Shown here: one piece after another, positions 1 to 11,795 of the stretch | How the letters are laid out: the number at the start of each line of letters is the position of its first letter | Position numbering within the stretch: the first letter of the stretch is position 1 | NCBI RefSeq assembly: GCF_038025025.1 | Contig: NW_027117355.1 | Location: 1-64,000, forward strand | Length of the DNA: 64,000 nt | Source of the DNA: Phyllosticta citribraziliensis | Lineage: Eukaryota | Reading direction: 5' to 3' | Made by a program: the position numbers and the translations under genes | The notes under the pieces: generated by a model | Seen by the model: the letters and a program-made list of their open reading frames with translations, nothing else | The model's database searches: none | What the model was told of the DNA's origin: nothing

Positions 1-382
1 CCATCCAACAAAAACAGGGAGTTGGATGGATCTGCTCGATGAACAAGATCCCTGGCACTGCGGCCACACCAACGGAGCATTCGTTCCTGCCGCAGTCTCT
101 AGACGTTTGAAGTTGGCACCGTTTGAGCTAGGCCGCATTAGGCACAGCCCAACCAGCCCTGCACAACCTCCTTCAGGTTACGTGAATTCAAGACCACAAC
201 GCGGAAGATATGTAAAGTATATTATCTACAGCTGTGATAGAGTCTAAAATCTCTAAAAGAATCCAACATTTCCCAACCCAAAAAGCGGAGAGATGCTCAA
301 GAAAGATATCCAAGGGTTTGCCCCATCCACCGCACGCCCCAGCCCTCTACCTTCCCTTCCCCCAGTCATCCATTGTCTCCGA

Positions 383-1812
383 CTATAGCTTGGCCTTTGA
401 TGCAGCGTCCTTGACCAGCCGGCTCCGCGGCGACCACTTGGCGTACGGGTGGTCCATGGTCGTGGGGACGAGGTGGTCGACGTCTAGCGTGTTGACCAGA
501 CCGGGGTGCAGTTCGTCGAGGTGCTTGACGCCGAGGTTGGCCATGGAGACTTCGATTTCGTCTTTCATGACTGCGGCGATGTTAGACGGTTGTTCTGGTT
601 TGGATTCCGGAGCAAGAGAGAGGGGAACTCACTGTCAACCAACTTCTCAACGCCCTCGCGGCCATAGTTCAACGCATACAAGAAATGCCTCCCCATACCG
701 ACAGCCGTCGCGCCCAAGCAGAGACACTTCACGACGTCAGTGCCCCTGCGCACGCCGCCATCCACGTACACCTCCAGCCGCTCAAACACCCACGGGCAGC
801 AGCGCTGCAGCTCCAGCAGCACCAGCACGGCCGGCGGACTGGTGTCGAGGCTGCGCCCGCCGTGGTTGCTGACGACGATGCCCTGCACGCCCGCCTCCAC
901 CGCGCGCATCGCGTCCGCTGCCCCTTGTATCCCCTTGAGCACGATGGGCAGGTCGGGCCGCAGCGACCGCAGCCACGCCACGTCGTCCCATGTGAGGCTT
1001 GCGTCGATGTAGGCCCCCATGACGCGCCCGAGCCCGCCGCCTTTCGCGTCGTTCGTGGCGCGCGCGCCGCTCATGGGCGCCGCGAGGTCGTCGGGCGCCG
1101 CAACGCGCTCGTCGGCCTCGCGCTTCCCGGGGACGGGGGCGTCGACGGTCAGGAAGAGGGCAGCAATGGCCGGGCGCGGCAGCGAGCGGACCAGCGACGC
1201 CGTCGCCGCGCGATCCCGCGAGACGTACAGCTGGAAGAAGACGGGGTGCGGCGGGGCCTTTGTCGCGCTGCCTCCACAGGCGTCGAGGATCTCGGGCAGA
1301 GGGTAGCTCGCATTTGTGCTGATGCACTGGCCGACGCCGCGGCTGGCACACGCCGCTGCCAGCGCGCGCTCGCCGTCGGGATGCACGAGGCGCGCCATGG
1401 CTGCTGGGCTGACGAAGAGCGGCACCGACACGTCGCGCCCCAGCATGCGTGCGCCTGTCGACACGCGCGAGACGTTGCGCAGTACCCGCGGCCGCCACCA
1501 GATGCGGTCGAAGCTGGCGCGGTTGGCGTCGCGTGTGAGTTGGTCGGTGGCTGCCGATGCGTAAAAGGCCCATGTTTTGGGTGCCAGCGTGCGCGAGGCG
1601 ACGGTTTCAAAGTCGTACGAGGAGAGGAGGGAGGAGAGTGGCGGTTTGGTGGCGGGAGGTGCGGCGGTTGGTGGTGGTTTGAGGAGTTCGTCCGAGGAAC
1701 TGGATGCGTTGTTGGAGGGCGTGGCGTTGGTGTTGAAGCTGGCTTCGAGGTCCGTTATCCGGTAGGGAGGTCTTTCGGGTCTGCCATTGTGATTGTAGTC
1801 TTTGAGGTGAAT
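383..1812 (-). CDS. FMN-dependent alpha-hydroxy acid dehydrogenase (cytochrome b2/L-lactate dehydrogenase-like); 5' end unresolved
   Basis: Motifs VVSNHGGRSLD, DGGVRRGTDVVK, WAFYASAATD, RIWWRPRVLRNV; intron 571-632 (GTGAGT..CTAAC..CAG) joins last exon 383-570; frame is open up to 1812 but has no in-frame ATG upstream of the conserved N-terminal motifs. Confidence 0.85.
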
Positions 1813-2332
1813 CTAGAGCACAAGAAGCAAAAACAGAATGTAGACGGAAAGATGACGATATAAAACACAATTCAAACAGTCTAGAATTGTAGATGACAAA
1901 AAGGGATCCAGCTCTTAAAAGTGTCAGTCATTCAACGAGGACGGGAAACTGTTCCCGCAAGTGTCGAGCAAAGTCTGGTCGTGATATCCTGTCAAACACG
2001 TCCCTGAGATGTTGGAAAGTCTGGGGAAGCGTGGGCCCAAGCTCGAGCTTTTGACGTCGACGATGTTGCGGGGACCGGGGAACGCTGGCGGCCGCTCGGG
2101 ATGAAGACCGCCCGAGATCGGACTGGCCATTGGTCGGAAACGGGTTCCCTAAAGTCGTAATGCCGCCGCTGTCGGTGATTGAATGAACTCAAGTTCAATT
2201 GCCGCTGAATTATTCTGTCGTCCGAAATCCAACAGTTGATGGTATCTAAGCTCCAAATTCAATGCTCTCCAATGCTTTAGTTGTTGAAACCCCTCTCCAA
2301 TGCCGTCGGAAAGATCAGTTCCAAATATCAGA

Positions 2333-3487
2333 TCAAGCCTTGCTCTGTCTCAACGCCTCTCTCTCCGCAGCTTTCGCGCTCTCTTCCCTTTCCATCTCTT
2401 CCCGTCGACGTACTGCTTCTTCTCCAATGCCCTTGACGCCCTTGACGCGTTGGCGCTCCTCGTATTGAGCTCGACTGCGCATGATGCGACCGACAATCTC
2501 TCCAGCATTGACGTGGGCAAAGTCGTGAGAATGAATCTCCTGGAAAATTCCTAGCTTCTCGCGTCCACGTATGGATCTTCGACCGATGGCATAAACGAAG
2601 TGGGACCATGGTAGATGACGTTCGGAAGGCCGTAGGGCAGAGACTTCAAGAAGGAGGACGACGGAGTGAAGGGCGCGGAAAAGACGACAGCAGATATGTA
2701 CTGCGCTTGTGAGCATTGGAAATGACGAGGTAGGATCCACAAACCTTGCACTGCAGAACGCAGAGACCGCGCTCGAAAATGTTCATGATGGGATAGTTGA
2801 CGCCCTTCCAATGGTTGATGACCTGGTCGTCATGAACGCCTGCAACAACATAGGCCGGGCTGTAGTCGGATCCCGATTCTGCTATGCGTTGCTGCGTCGC
2901 TTCTTGGGTGTACCAACCCCGTTCCCGACCTTCTTTCTCCTCTTTCTCGACGACACTCCGAAGAAACTCGATGTGACCTGACGAAAAGAGGTCGAATCCG
3001 CCGTCTACGTATACCACACGCTGTCCCTTTTTCGGTGCTACACCGTCGACCATCTTGCTGCACTTTCCATCGTCATTGGTTCCACTGGGCTCGGCCGTCT
3101 TGCTCTCGACAGCTTGATGCCACACCCAGACTTCGGAGCCTGGCTCGAGACCGGTCTCGTTGGACGCATACGCCTTTATTCTCTCCGTCATTTGTTCGCC
3201 AGCTTGTTTCCGCTCCTGATCGCTGCCGCTTCCCTCTTCGCCGGCCAGAGCCTTGTCCAGACTCTTTATAAAGTGTGTCTTGGTGCATAGCAGCATGCGC
3301 CCCACCAAATCAGTCGTCGAAATGCCGGGCGTCCTCTTGACAATCTTGAAGCGACCGGCCGCCTTGACGAAGCGGTAGCAGTCCTCGCCCGAGGCGTCGG
3401 AGGTGATGTCGTCGCCGTGAACAACGTACTTGCAGCCGTAGTGGAGATCCATGGCAATGAGGTGACGTAGGGAGCGTGGGGAATGGA
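2333..3487 (-). pseudogene. ECT1: Ethanolamine-phosphate cytidylyltransferase, 5'-truncated by the telomere array and carrying an apparent 1-bp frameshift
   Basis: YVVHGDDITSD, KRTPGISTTDL, VYVDGGFDLFSSGHIEFL, NYPIMNIFERGLCVLQC; intron ~2701-2744; upstream SIPHAPYVTSLPWIS is out of frame with HYGCKY at 3443-3444; the N-terminus is absent from the window. Confidence 0.85.
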
Positions 3488-3488
3488 A

Positions 3489-3620
3489 CCCTAACCCTAA
3501 CCCTAACCCTAACCCTAACCCTAACCCTAACCCTAACCCTAACCCTAACCCTAACCCTAACCCTAACCCTAACCCTAACCCTAACCCTAACCCTAACCCT
3601 AACCCTAACCCTAACCCTAA
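3489..3620 (+). repeat. Telomeric repeat array (CCCTAA)22
   Basis: 132 bp of perfect CCCTAA units, C-rich strand on +, the orientation of a left chromosome end. Confidence 0.98.
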
Positions 3621-5181
3621 TTAGCTAAATATAGTATTTACCTCTTTAAGTCTTATATTAAAGGGCTATTAGTTAGTTTTAAAATATAATAACTTTAGTT
3701 TTATATTTATAGTAATACTTATTTTTATTATAATAGTTAGTAATAAGCTAATTAAGAGCTATTTAGTATCTATTAATCTAGCTCTTATTAGTTATTATAT
3801 TTTTAATATTTTTAACTTTATTAATTATATCTTTAATAGATTTAAGATCTTTTATACTAATTATAATCTACTTCTTAAAAGCTATAATAGTAATAGATAT
3901 AGCTATTTATACTACTTATAGTACTATATTTTATTTTAATAACTTATCTAGTTAGTATTATATAGTAGCTAGATTTTATATATTATATATATATTTAGTA
4001 GTTTTAATCTAAATCTATTTAATAGAATAAAAGAAGAGTTATTAGCTTAAGTTTTTAATTAAAATAAAAATCTAGGCTCTTACTTAAAGAGATAATAAAG
4101 ATATCTTTTAATAATATTAAAAAATAGTAGATTAATATCTAATAAAGTAAGTTAATTAGCTAATAGTTAATAATTATAAGATAGAATAGTAGAAAAATAT
4201 AAAGCTATAGCTAACTTAGCCTATAGCTTATTTAAATATATATACTACTATATAGCTAAGATTTAGCTAATTCTATATTTTAATATTTTTATAGATTTTA
4301 TATCTACTTTACTATCTATCTATTCTATCTATATTAATTTATTTTATATACTATTAATAGACTAGCTACTCTTAGCTATTTTATAGATTATTAACTATAT
4401 TATATTAAAAAATAATAGATTATTATTATTTTTATTATAAGAGCCTCTTTAGCTTAGAATCTTACTTACTAGTCTTATTTAAAACTATAGACTATAAAAT
4501 AATAATATTTAAAGCTTCTAGTATATTTAAAACTATAGTATTTTATCTTAATACTATATAAGGTATAATTAAAATAAGAAAACTTATTAATAAAAAATAG
4601 ATAATAAGTCTTATTCTTTTATAAATAGTAAGAGATCTATTAATAGTATTATAGTATCTAGTAGAGTAAATTAATATAGACTACTAATAATTAATAGATA
4701 AGGAGTAAGAGTTATTATTATATAGTTAGTATAAAATAAGTATCTACTTCTAGGCTAGCTATAAATAGCTAGTATATATATAAGTAGTAAATACTAAGTA
4801 GTAAATACTATAAAATATAAACTCTAATATATATATAGTATATATAATAATAGTATTTTTTAATTAAAATTTAGCTAATTTTATACTTTAATACCTTTAT
4901 AGATCTTATATCTACTCTATTATTTAACTATTCTATTTATAGTAATTTATCTTAGTATTTTTATAAGTCTTATAGATCTTATATCTACTCTACTATTTAA
5001 CTACTACTCTATTTATAATAATTTATCTTAACTAGGTACTATAATAATCTCTCTTTACTTTTACTATAAAGAAATTTTAAAAGGCTATATAAGAAAAAAG
5101 AGTTTTTACTTATATATAATTATCTAATATTTCTATATAAGAGATATAAAGAATAGCCCTCTAGTATCCTACTTTACGCGA
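3621..5181. repeat. AT-rich RIP-degenerated repeat/subtelomeric block (probable transposon relic)
   Basis: Extremely AT-rich, abundant TpA, CpA/TpG and CpG almost absent, no ORFs; sharp boundaries against GC-balanced flanks. Confidence 0.85.
4897..5030 (+). repeat. Imperfect tandem duplication (~58-60 bp, 2 copies, ~73 bp apart) in the AT-rich block
   Basis: TTATAGATCTTATATCTACTCTA(T/C)TATTTAACTA...ATTTATCTTA at 4897-4954 and 4970-5030. Confidence 0.8.
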
Positions 5182-8100
5182 CTATAAGAATCGACTTGAT
5201 TTCCATCGATCGAGCCATCTACGTACTATCTCGACGGTAACCTTACTCCCCGCCTCAACGCTAGCCGTCTCAAACTGCACGCCCTCTCCATTCGCCTCCT
5301 GCTTTATGTCCTGGAAGAAGCCGAGCAACTTCAGGCCCGGGATCGCTTCTGCGCTTGCGTCGTCGGCGGCATTCTCCAGTCGTCGTACCCATTCGGTCAT
5401 GTCGACCCGCTCGAAAGGCGTTTCCGGGGCAGCGACAGCAAGGACGTCGAGGAACTCTGTCCAGGAAGAGGTAGCGGGGTTGACCAGGTTGTGCACTGCG
5501 TAAGACTCCTTCTGTTCTGTGGCTTCGCCGTTGGCGACGGTGTCGTTTTTGTTGCAACCCAATTTCTCGCTGATCGACGAAGCGCACATGTCGACGGGTA
5601 GCCAATTGACGACGGTTCCTGGGAGCTCGGGCATGGCCTGCAAGTGTTTGAGTCCGGTCGCGATCATGATGGGCCACATCTCCGAAGTGTTCCATACGCC
5701 GAGGCGTGAGTGTCCGCAGAGTTGACCGACGCGGAAGAGCTTGACAGGACTAGAGAGGGCCGCGGAATAGTGCTGAGTCACTCGTTCCACTGAGAACGAA
5801 GGCCATGTCAGTATGTGACAGGGCATCAAGATCGAAAAGGGCGGTAGCAACTGACCGATGTACTTGCTCTGTCCATATCCTGTGCTCAACGCCACCCTTG
5901 GGTCGTCGCCGACGGGCTCTTCGAGCACATTGCGCCCCTTGGCTGCTTCTCCCATGCATGCGGCGACACTGCTCATGATCGAGAACGTCTTTTGGGTGCC
6001 AGTCTGGCAAAACTTGAGAAGATGCATCGTCCCTGCAATCCGTTTCGTTAGCGACGCACACTTTTCAACAGGAATACGAAAGCCGTACCCTTCAAACAAT
6101 CCTTCTCGAACTCTTCCACCTTTTGGTTGAAGTCCATCTTCCATGCGTTGTGAACCACAACAGTCACTTCTCGAGTCAGCATGTCGAAAAGCTCTTCCCC
6201 GCTACCGAGATGTTCATCTTTCATGTCGTATGGGATGGCGTGTATCTTGCCACTGCAGTAAACGGCCTCATCATAGCCTCGTTGCTTCAGCGAGTGGATG
6301 AGCTTGATGCGCGGATCTGGGCCGCGGATTGCGCAGTAGACTTTCGAGACGTGTTCTTGCGCGACGAGATTCTCGAGCAAGGCGTTGCCGAGAGCACCGC
6401 TGGCACCGGTCAAATAGACGACTGCTCCCAGGCTTTCTGGGGGCACCGTTGTTGACTGAGAGTTGGTCCATCCGTCGATCGTGGAGTTGTAGCTCTGGAT
6501 GAGGTCCTGAACGTAGTTCAACCGTTGCGACTCGTTCGCCTCGGCTGGTGCGCCGCCATTTTTGAGGCCTTGGAGATAGACTAGCAACTTCTCGACCGAC
6601 GGACATTCAAAGATGAACATCAATGGAAATGTGCCGAATCGTTTGACAAGGCGCGACCTCAGTTTCACAGCGCGTTGTGAGTCCAAACCAAGGTCGTAAA
6701 AGCTCGTTCCGTCCTCGACAGCTGAATGCTCCTTGTCGCAAACTTCGGCTACCGACGCCCTGACGAATTCTCTGTCCGGCAGAGAGACCAGCTTGTCATC
6801 AGAAGGTCCTTCATCGGCTGGAGCGGCACCGAGGTAGCTTTCGTACAACGCGTCGACGCGATCTCCGTAGATTTTCCACGCCTCCTTCCTTCGCACGTTC
6901 CCTTTCGGGGTCACTGGGAGACTCTCTCCTGCGTTCAGTACCAGTACCATTTCCCTGTCGATACGTGCGTGCTTTGCGCTCTTCTGGTTCACCCGGTCGA
7001 GAACTTGCAGGAAATCTCCGCTTTCACTTGTGATTCCTTCCGCCAGCTGCACAATTGCCGCGACGCATGGTCGGCCATTGCCGAAGACAGCAGCTTTGTG
7101 GACAATCCCGTGGCCTTCTTCTTCCAGTAAGGCTGCCATTGTCCCTGCATGTGTCTTTTCTCCGTTGTCCAGAACAAGCACATCATCTTTCCGGCCGAGC
7201 AGCACAAAGTTTCCGGATCCCGGTGGGTCTTCGAAGAATAGATCATTGGTGCGGTATGGGTTCGGCGCGTCAGGGGCAAGCCACAGCTCCGCGGTGAGCT
7301 CAAACCCTTTGTAGATGACACACTCGAAGAGGCGAGTTCCAGCTTCAGAGTCATCTGCACCCACTTCTGTTAGAGGCTCCATCTGCACGAGCGGCGATTC
7401 CGGGTAAAGGTTGCGTAATCGGTAGCAATGCGGATTGTCCCGGGTGTGCGGGATGCTTCTGAATGGAGGTCCGATTTCAGTGCTTCCGTAGGTAGTCTTG
7501 ACGTTGACTCCTTTTGCGACCAACTCCTTGAGAACCTTCTCACCAAGTGGCGCGCCACCCGGTTGCACCACCTTCAAGTCCACGAGCGGGGAAAAGTCAT
7601 TTGTCGTGGCTGAGATGTACCCGTACAAATCTTCGATGACGCTTGGTGCACTGTGCAGACAATCGGCCGGCATGCCCACAGCAGCGAGTGCGCGGAAGGC
7701 CGTCAGGATAGTGCCGGGGGCCGGGGGCCACTGCAACGGAGGCATCGTCGTGGGAAGACCATTTGGCAGACCAGAGAAGGCAATGCAAAGACCCGCAATG
7801 TGGAACCTTGGTCAATGTCAGCCGATTGGGAAACGTCTTGTTCGCGAATGCTCCCTGGACACTTACAGCGGAAAACAGAGGTACCAGTTGTCCACCACGA
7901 ATGTGGGGAACAAGCGGTACATGCGTGCAATCAAACACAGACTCCGGTTTGTGTGAATGATTGGCTTCGGCATTCCTGTCGACCCAGAAGAGTGCAAGAC
8001 CATGGATTGGAGATTCCAGACGTCCTGAGCTTCGAATCCGTTGACCTTGGACTCATCATCGTCCTCCTTTTCTTTGCTCAATTCCAGTTCCGCCAGAGAC

Positions 8101-8922
8101 ACGAGCTGAAAGACTGTTCTTCCATTCTCCTTCTCTACTTGAGCGTCGAGAATTGTGGCATTCTCCTTGTCGGCGATGATACCCACGGCTTTGCACACAC
8201 CCAACAAGTGCTCTCGCGCGTTTGAAGCGTTCTTGTTGCTCAGGAGCAGGATCCTCACTCTCAACTGGTTGAGCGCTATTTGCGCAATGAGATAGTCAAT
8301 CGTGTTGCCGATTCCGAGAAGCGCGATAGTTGGTTGCTTGTGCGTGCGATTGGCATCCTGTATCTGCGCCGCAAGAATCTGCGCGTAGATACGGACAGCT
8401 GAGCAGACCAAGCCGTAGAACTCGTGCCAAGTGACAATTCGAAAAGAGTCATTGGCGGTGGTGGTGGGAAACAGAAAGGCCGGGTTTGTCGGTTGGGTTT
8501 GAGCGTTGTGCTTGACGAGCGAGGCGATGCTATTCAACTCCGGGTTCGCAAACCTGTTGGGGTGTGAGTCTTGTACTTGTATCTGCGTGGTCCAGCGTAG
8601 ATGGCATTATTTTCCCTTGTCGCAGCTGGTGTCGAACGGAAGGACGAGTGCCAGTATACTCCCAAAGAGGTCTTGTGGACGAATGCTCCCTGAGTCCAGC
8701 CACGATTCCAGGAATCGCCATCTTCTTTGAGTTTCACAGTGCTGTGACTTGACAGAAAGGCTAGGCGACATACCGTTTGCTATGCGGGTGTCCATGAAGA
8801 TTCCAAAATTTCTTGACTCTTTCCGGCGCATCTTCTGCCGGGAGAATGCTTGGGTCCATGATCTCTGGAATCACTTCATCGCCCGCGGTTGCCGACACGT
8901 CCGATAAAGCAATGGGAGCCAT
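5182..8922 (-). CDS. NRPS-like adenylation-thiolation-reductase (A-T-R; carboxylic acid reductase-like) enzyme
   Basis: A-domain motifs HSSGSTGMPKPI, YGSTEIG, YRTNDLF, GRKDD, PVTPKGNVRR; carrier motif LGLDSQ; R-domain LTGASGALG, HNAWKMDF, GYGQSKY; exon 1 MAPIALSDV.. splices in frame (KR|FANPEL) to ORF 7863-8537; several introns. Confidence 0.92.
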
Positions 8923-9573
8923 GACTGTAAAGCAACAACGGCAAGAAGAAAAAGACAAAATCAAAGATCTGTCGCGAGGATCCAGATCCTTAAATACCAC
9001 GCGACAGGATGAGCAGAAATACCAAATTACTGATGCAGAAAGTCGCATCAGCCCTGGGGTGGGCAGAACGGCAACTTGCGCGGCGGGTCTTTCCCGTGCC
9101 GCAACTCCGCAGTTCGCTGCTTTGCGAGTTCAAGTCAAATCATTGGCAGCAACCAACACATGTGATGGACAATTGTGCACTATCGGATCCAATCCTTGGC
9201 GGTTGCGACGGTAGTATCGGCGTACTGATTTGTGGTGTTGATAAGTGGTCCCTCTCTCGGCTTATCGTCCTGGCTCCCGGTAGATAGGACGACATCCAAC
9301 GCCTCCCGGACGAAGACCGATTTCGCGGTTTTGAGAGTGATTGGACTGAGGACAAATGTTTAGGCCTGGATGACGGAAGAAGAGGTATCGATAGAGGCTG
9401 ATAAGACGTTTGATTGCGTCGTGAGACATGATTGTTGAAGAACGATATACATTTCGTCGGTGTACCGCCAACGCCGCGCCGCTGCTGCTGCGCAAATCTC
9501 ACCTTGACAAAATCTCCTTTTCGAATCTTTGCAGCGCTGGGTCTTTGATCCACCTGCTCAACACCAAACCATC
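8923..9573. promoter_or_regulatory. Divergent promoter between the NRPS-like and NCS1 genes, with clustered GATA sites
   Basis: GATAAG at 9240 and 9400, CTTATC at 9261, AGATAG at 9282; CTTGGCGG at 9195 (PacC-type GCCAAG on -); TGTGGTGTTGA at 9231. Confidence 0.55.
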
Positions 9574-11332
9574 ATGGGACTCAGGCAACGTCTGGAACTG
9601 CGATCCGAAAATTCGGAGCTCGAGGCAAATGGCGAGAGCATTTCAAACAAGGACATGGATCCGATTCCACTGGGGTCACCCGAAAGAACATGGACATGGC
9701 CAAGCTTGCTGGGCTTTTGGGTTGCGGAGGCCTTCTCCATCTCCATGTATCAAGGTACGTACAAGAGCCATGAACAAGGAGCAGTCATTGACGCGCACAC
9801 AGTCGCTTCATCGTCCGTGAACAAAGGCCTGAATCCTGGTCTTGCCATTCTCGCAGTCATCGTCGGACATTTGCTCGTCTGCGTGCCGGCTATGCTTGAC
9901 GCCTTCGTTGGTTGCATTTTCGGCATCAATTTCCCCGTCTTCACACGCGCGTCGTTCGGCACTCGAGGTTCATACTTTGCTGTCTTCGTTCGCGGAGTCG
10001 TGGCTGCTATCTGGTTTGGTACACAAAGCTTTCAGGGCGGACAGTGTCTCCAGGTCATGATCAGTGCAATTTGGCCCAGCTTCAACGATTTTCCGAACCA
10101 CCTACCTGCCAGCGCGCACGTTACAAGTGCGGAGTTGCTGTGCTTTTTCTTGTTCATTTTGTTGCAATTGCCGCTCCTTTGGCTACACGTGTCGACATTG
10201 AGATGGATGTTCATGGCAAAGACGCTTTTGATGCCAGTCTTCGGCTTGACTTTGTTCATCTGGGCGCTGGTGGCTGGTTCGTTCCTCCGGAGCATTCGAT
10301 TGGTAGCGCAACATGCTGACAGAGCGCAGCTCACGGCTTTGGACCAACATTTTCTCGACCAACCAAGATTGCCGATGGCACTCCAGTTGCAGTTGTCTTC
10401 TTCCAGTGTGTCACCACAGCAATTGGCCCCAAGGCTACCCTTGCGCTCAACATGCCCGACTTCACGCGGTACGCCAAGTATCCGCGGGAAGTCTTCTGGA
10501 CACAAGCGGTTGGGCTCTTGGTCCTAGTGACGATGTGTGGCGTGCTCGGTGCGACAGTGTCTAGCGCGTCGGAGGTCATTTACGGGCAAGTGACATGGAG
10601 CCCGCTCGAAGTCGCGGTGCTGTGGGAGAACCGGGCGGCGCAATTCTTCGCGGGTCTCTGCTGGGCTTTTGCGGTCATTGGCACCAACATATCGGCGAAC
10701 AGCGTGAGCTTCAGCAACGATCTGGCGCTCTGGTTCCCAAAGTACATCAACAACAGACGAGGTGCATACGTCTGCGCGCTCCTGGGCATTTGCACTGTTC
10801 CTTGGAACATTCAGTACAAGTAAGCGACCCTGACTCACCATTGACTCTCATGATCTGACCTGAAACGCTCGTCGGCAGCGCAAAATCATTCTCCTCGTTC
10901 CTCAATGGCTACAGCCTCTTCCTGGGTGCCATTGCGGGCATCATCATCACAGACTTCTGGATTTGTCGCAAACGCCGTCTGTCGCTTTCATCGTTGTATG
11001 ACCCACACGGAATTCACCGTTACTTCTCCGGTGTGAACTTCCGAGCCATCATTGCCTTTATTTGCGGCATCGTGCCAAACATGCCGGGCCTTGCTGCAGC
11101 GTGCGGAGCGACAGGCGTGCCGAAGGGCGCAACGTACGTGTACAGCTTGAGTTGGCTGGTGAGCACGCTGGTAGCTGGTCTTGTGTACTGGGTATCGTTC
11201 AAGGTTGTGCCGTTCCCGGTGGATGAGAAGCAGGAGTTGGTGATTGAGGGAGGCGAGGTCGTGTCGGAGGACGCGCAATGGGTGGATGATAAGCACAGGG
11301 ATGCCGAAGCTTGCAAGGAGATACGGTCGTAG
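9574..11332 (+). CDS. NCS1 family (Fur-type) nucleobase/allantoin/hydantoin permease
   Basis: NKDMDPIP..RTWTW, GINFPVFTRASFG, WFGTQSFQGG, NMPDFTRYAK, NISANSVSFSNDL, FPKYINNRRGAY; many TM segments; three introns. Confidence 0.93.
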
Positions 11333-11795
11333 GGAACAATCGCATGCGACGAGGATAATGACGACATTGGCGAAGGAGCCCTGAGAAAAGCGTAGACAAA
11401 TAACCTGAGGATGTGGAGTGGTGGTGACTTGATGATGGAGCCTCCGGAGACGCGTCGCGACCCGCGTCTTGCCGGGTTTGGCGGGGTCGTGGATTAGATA
11501 AGCAAGGCCCTCGTCAGCCACGCCGACCAAGACCAGCACCAAACCACCTCGACACGGAGACTCCCTCTCAAACTCCGCTCTTCTTTCACTCTGGTCATCA
11601 GTCGGTGTTTGTTTTGCGTCAAAATTCTCATTATTCTGTCTTGTCCACCGTATTTCTTCATTGCGTTCGCCGAAACACCAAAACCCAAACGTCTGGCCGT
11701 CTTCGATCTCCGTCAAGCAAGAGCTCTTTCCCAAGGCTCAAACAAGTCGTCTTCCAATTTCAGTCTCTGCTTTTCCCGTTTTTTTAGTTCCGTCC

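Noticed and set aside
685..1863. 392-aa plus-strand ORF
   Set aside because: Antisense shadow of the GC3-rich FMN dehydrogenase gene
3489..3620. De novo telomere healing of the broken ECT1 fragment
   Set aside because: Healing would place TTAGGG on the + strand; the array is CCCTAA and so caps the right-hand DNA
3489..5181. Simple insertion of a telomere-tailed element into ECT1
   Set aside because: ECT1 does not resume after 5181, and no target-site duplication or RT remnant is recognisable
3621..5181. Mitochondrial insertion (NUMT) or AT-rich foreign gene
   Set aside because: No ORFs or RNA genes; near-absence of CpA/TpG fits RIP better
9529..10527. 332-aa ORF as a stand-alone protein
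   Set aside because: It is the NCS1 gene reading through an in-frame 48-nt intron and into the next intron
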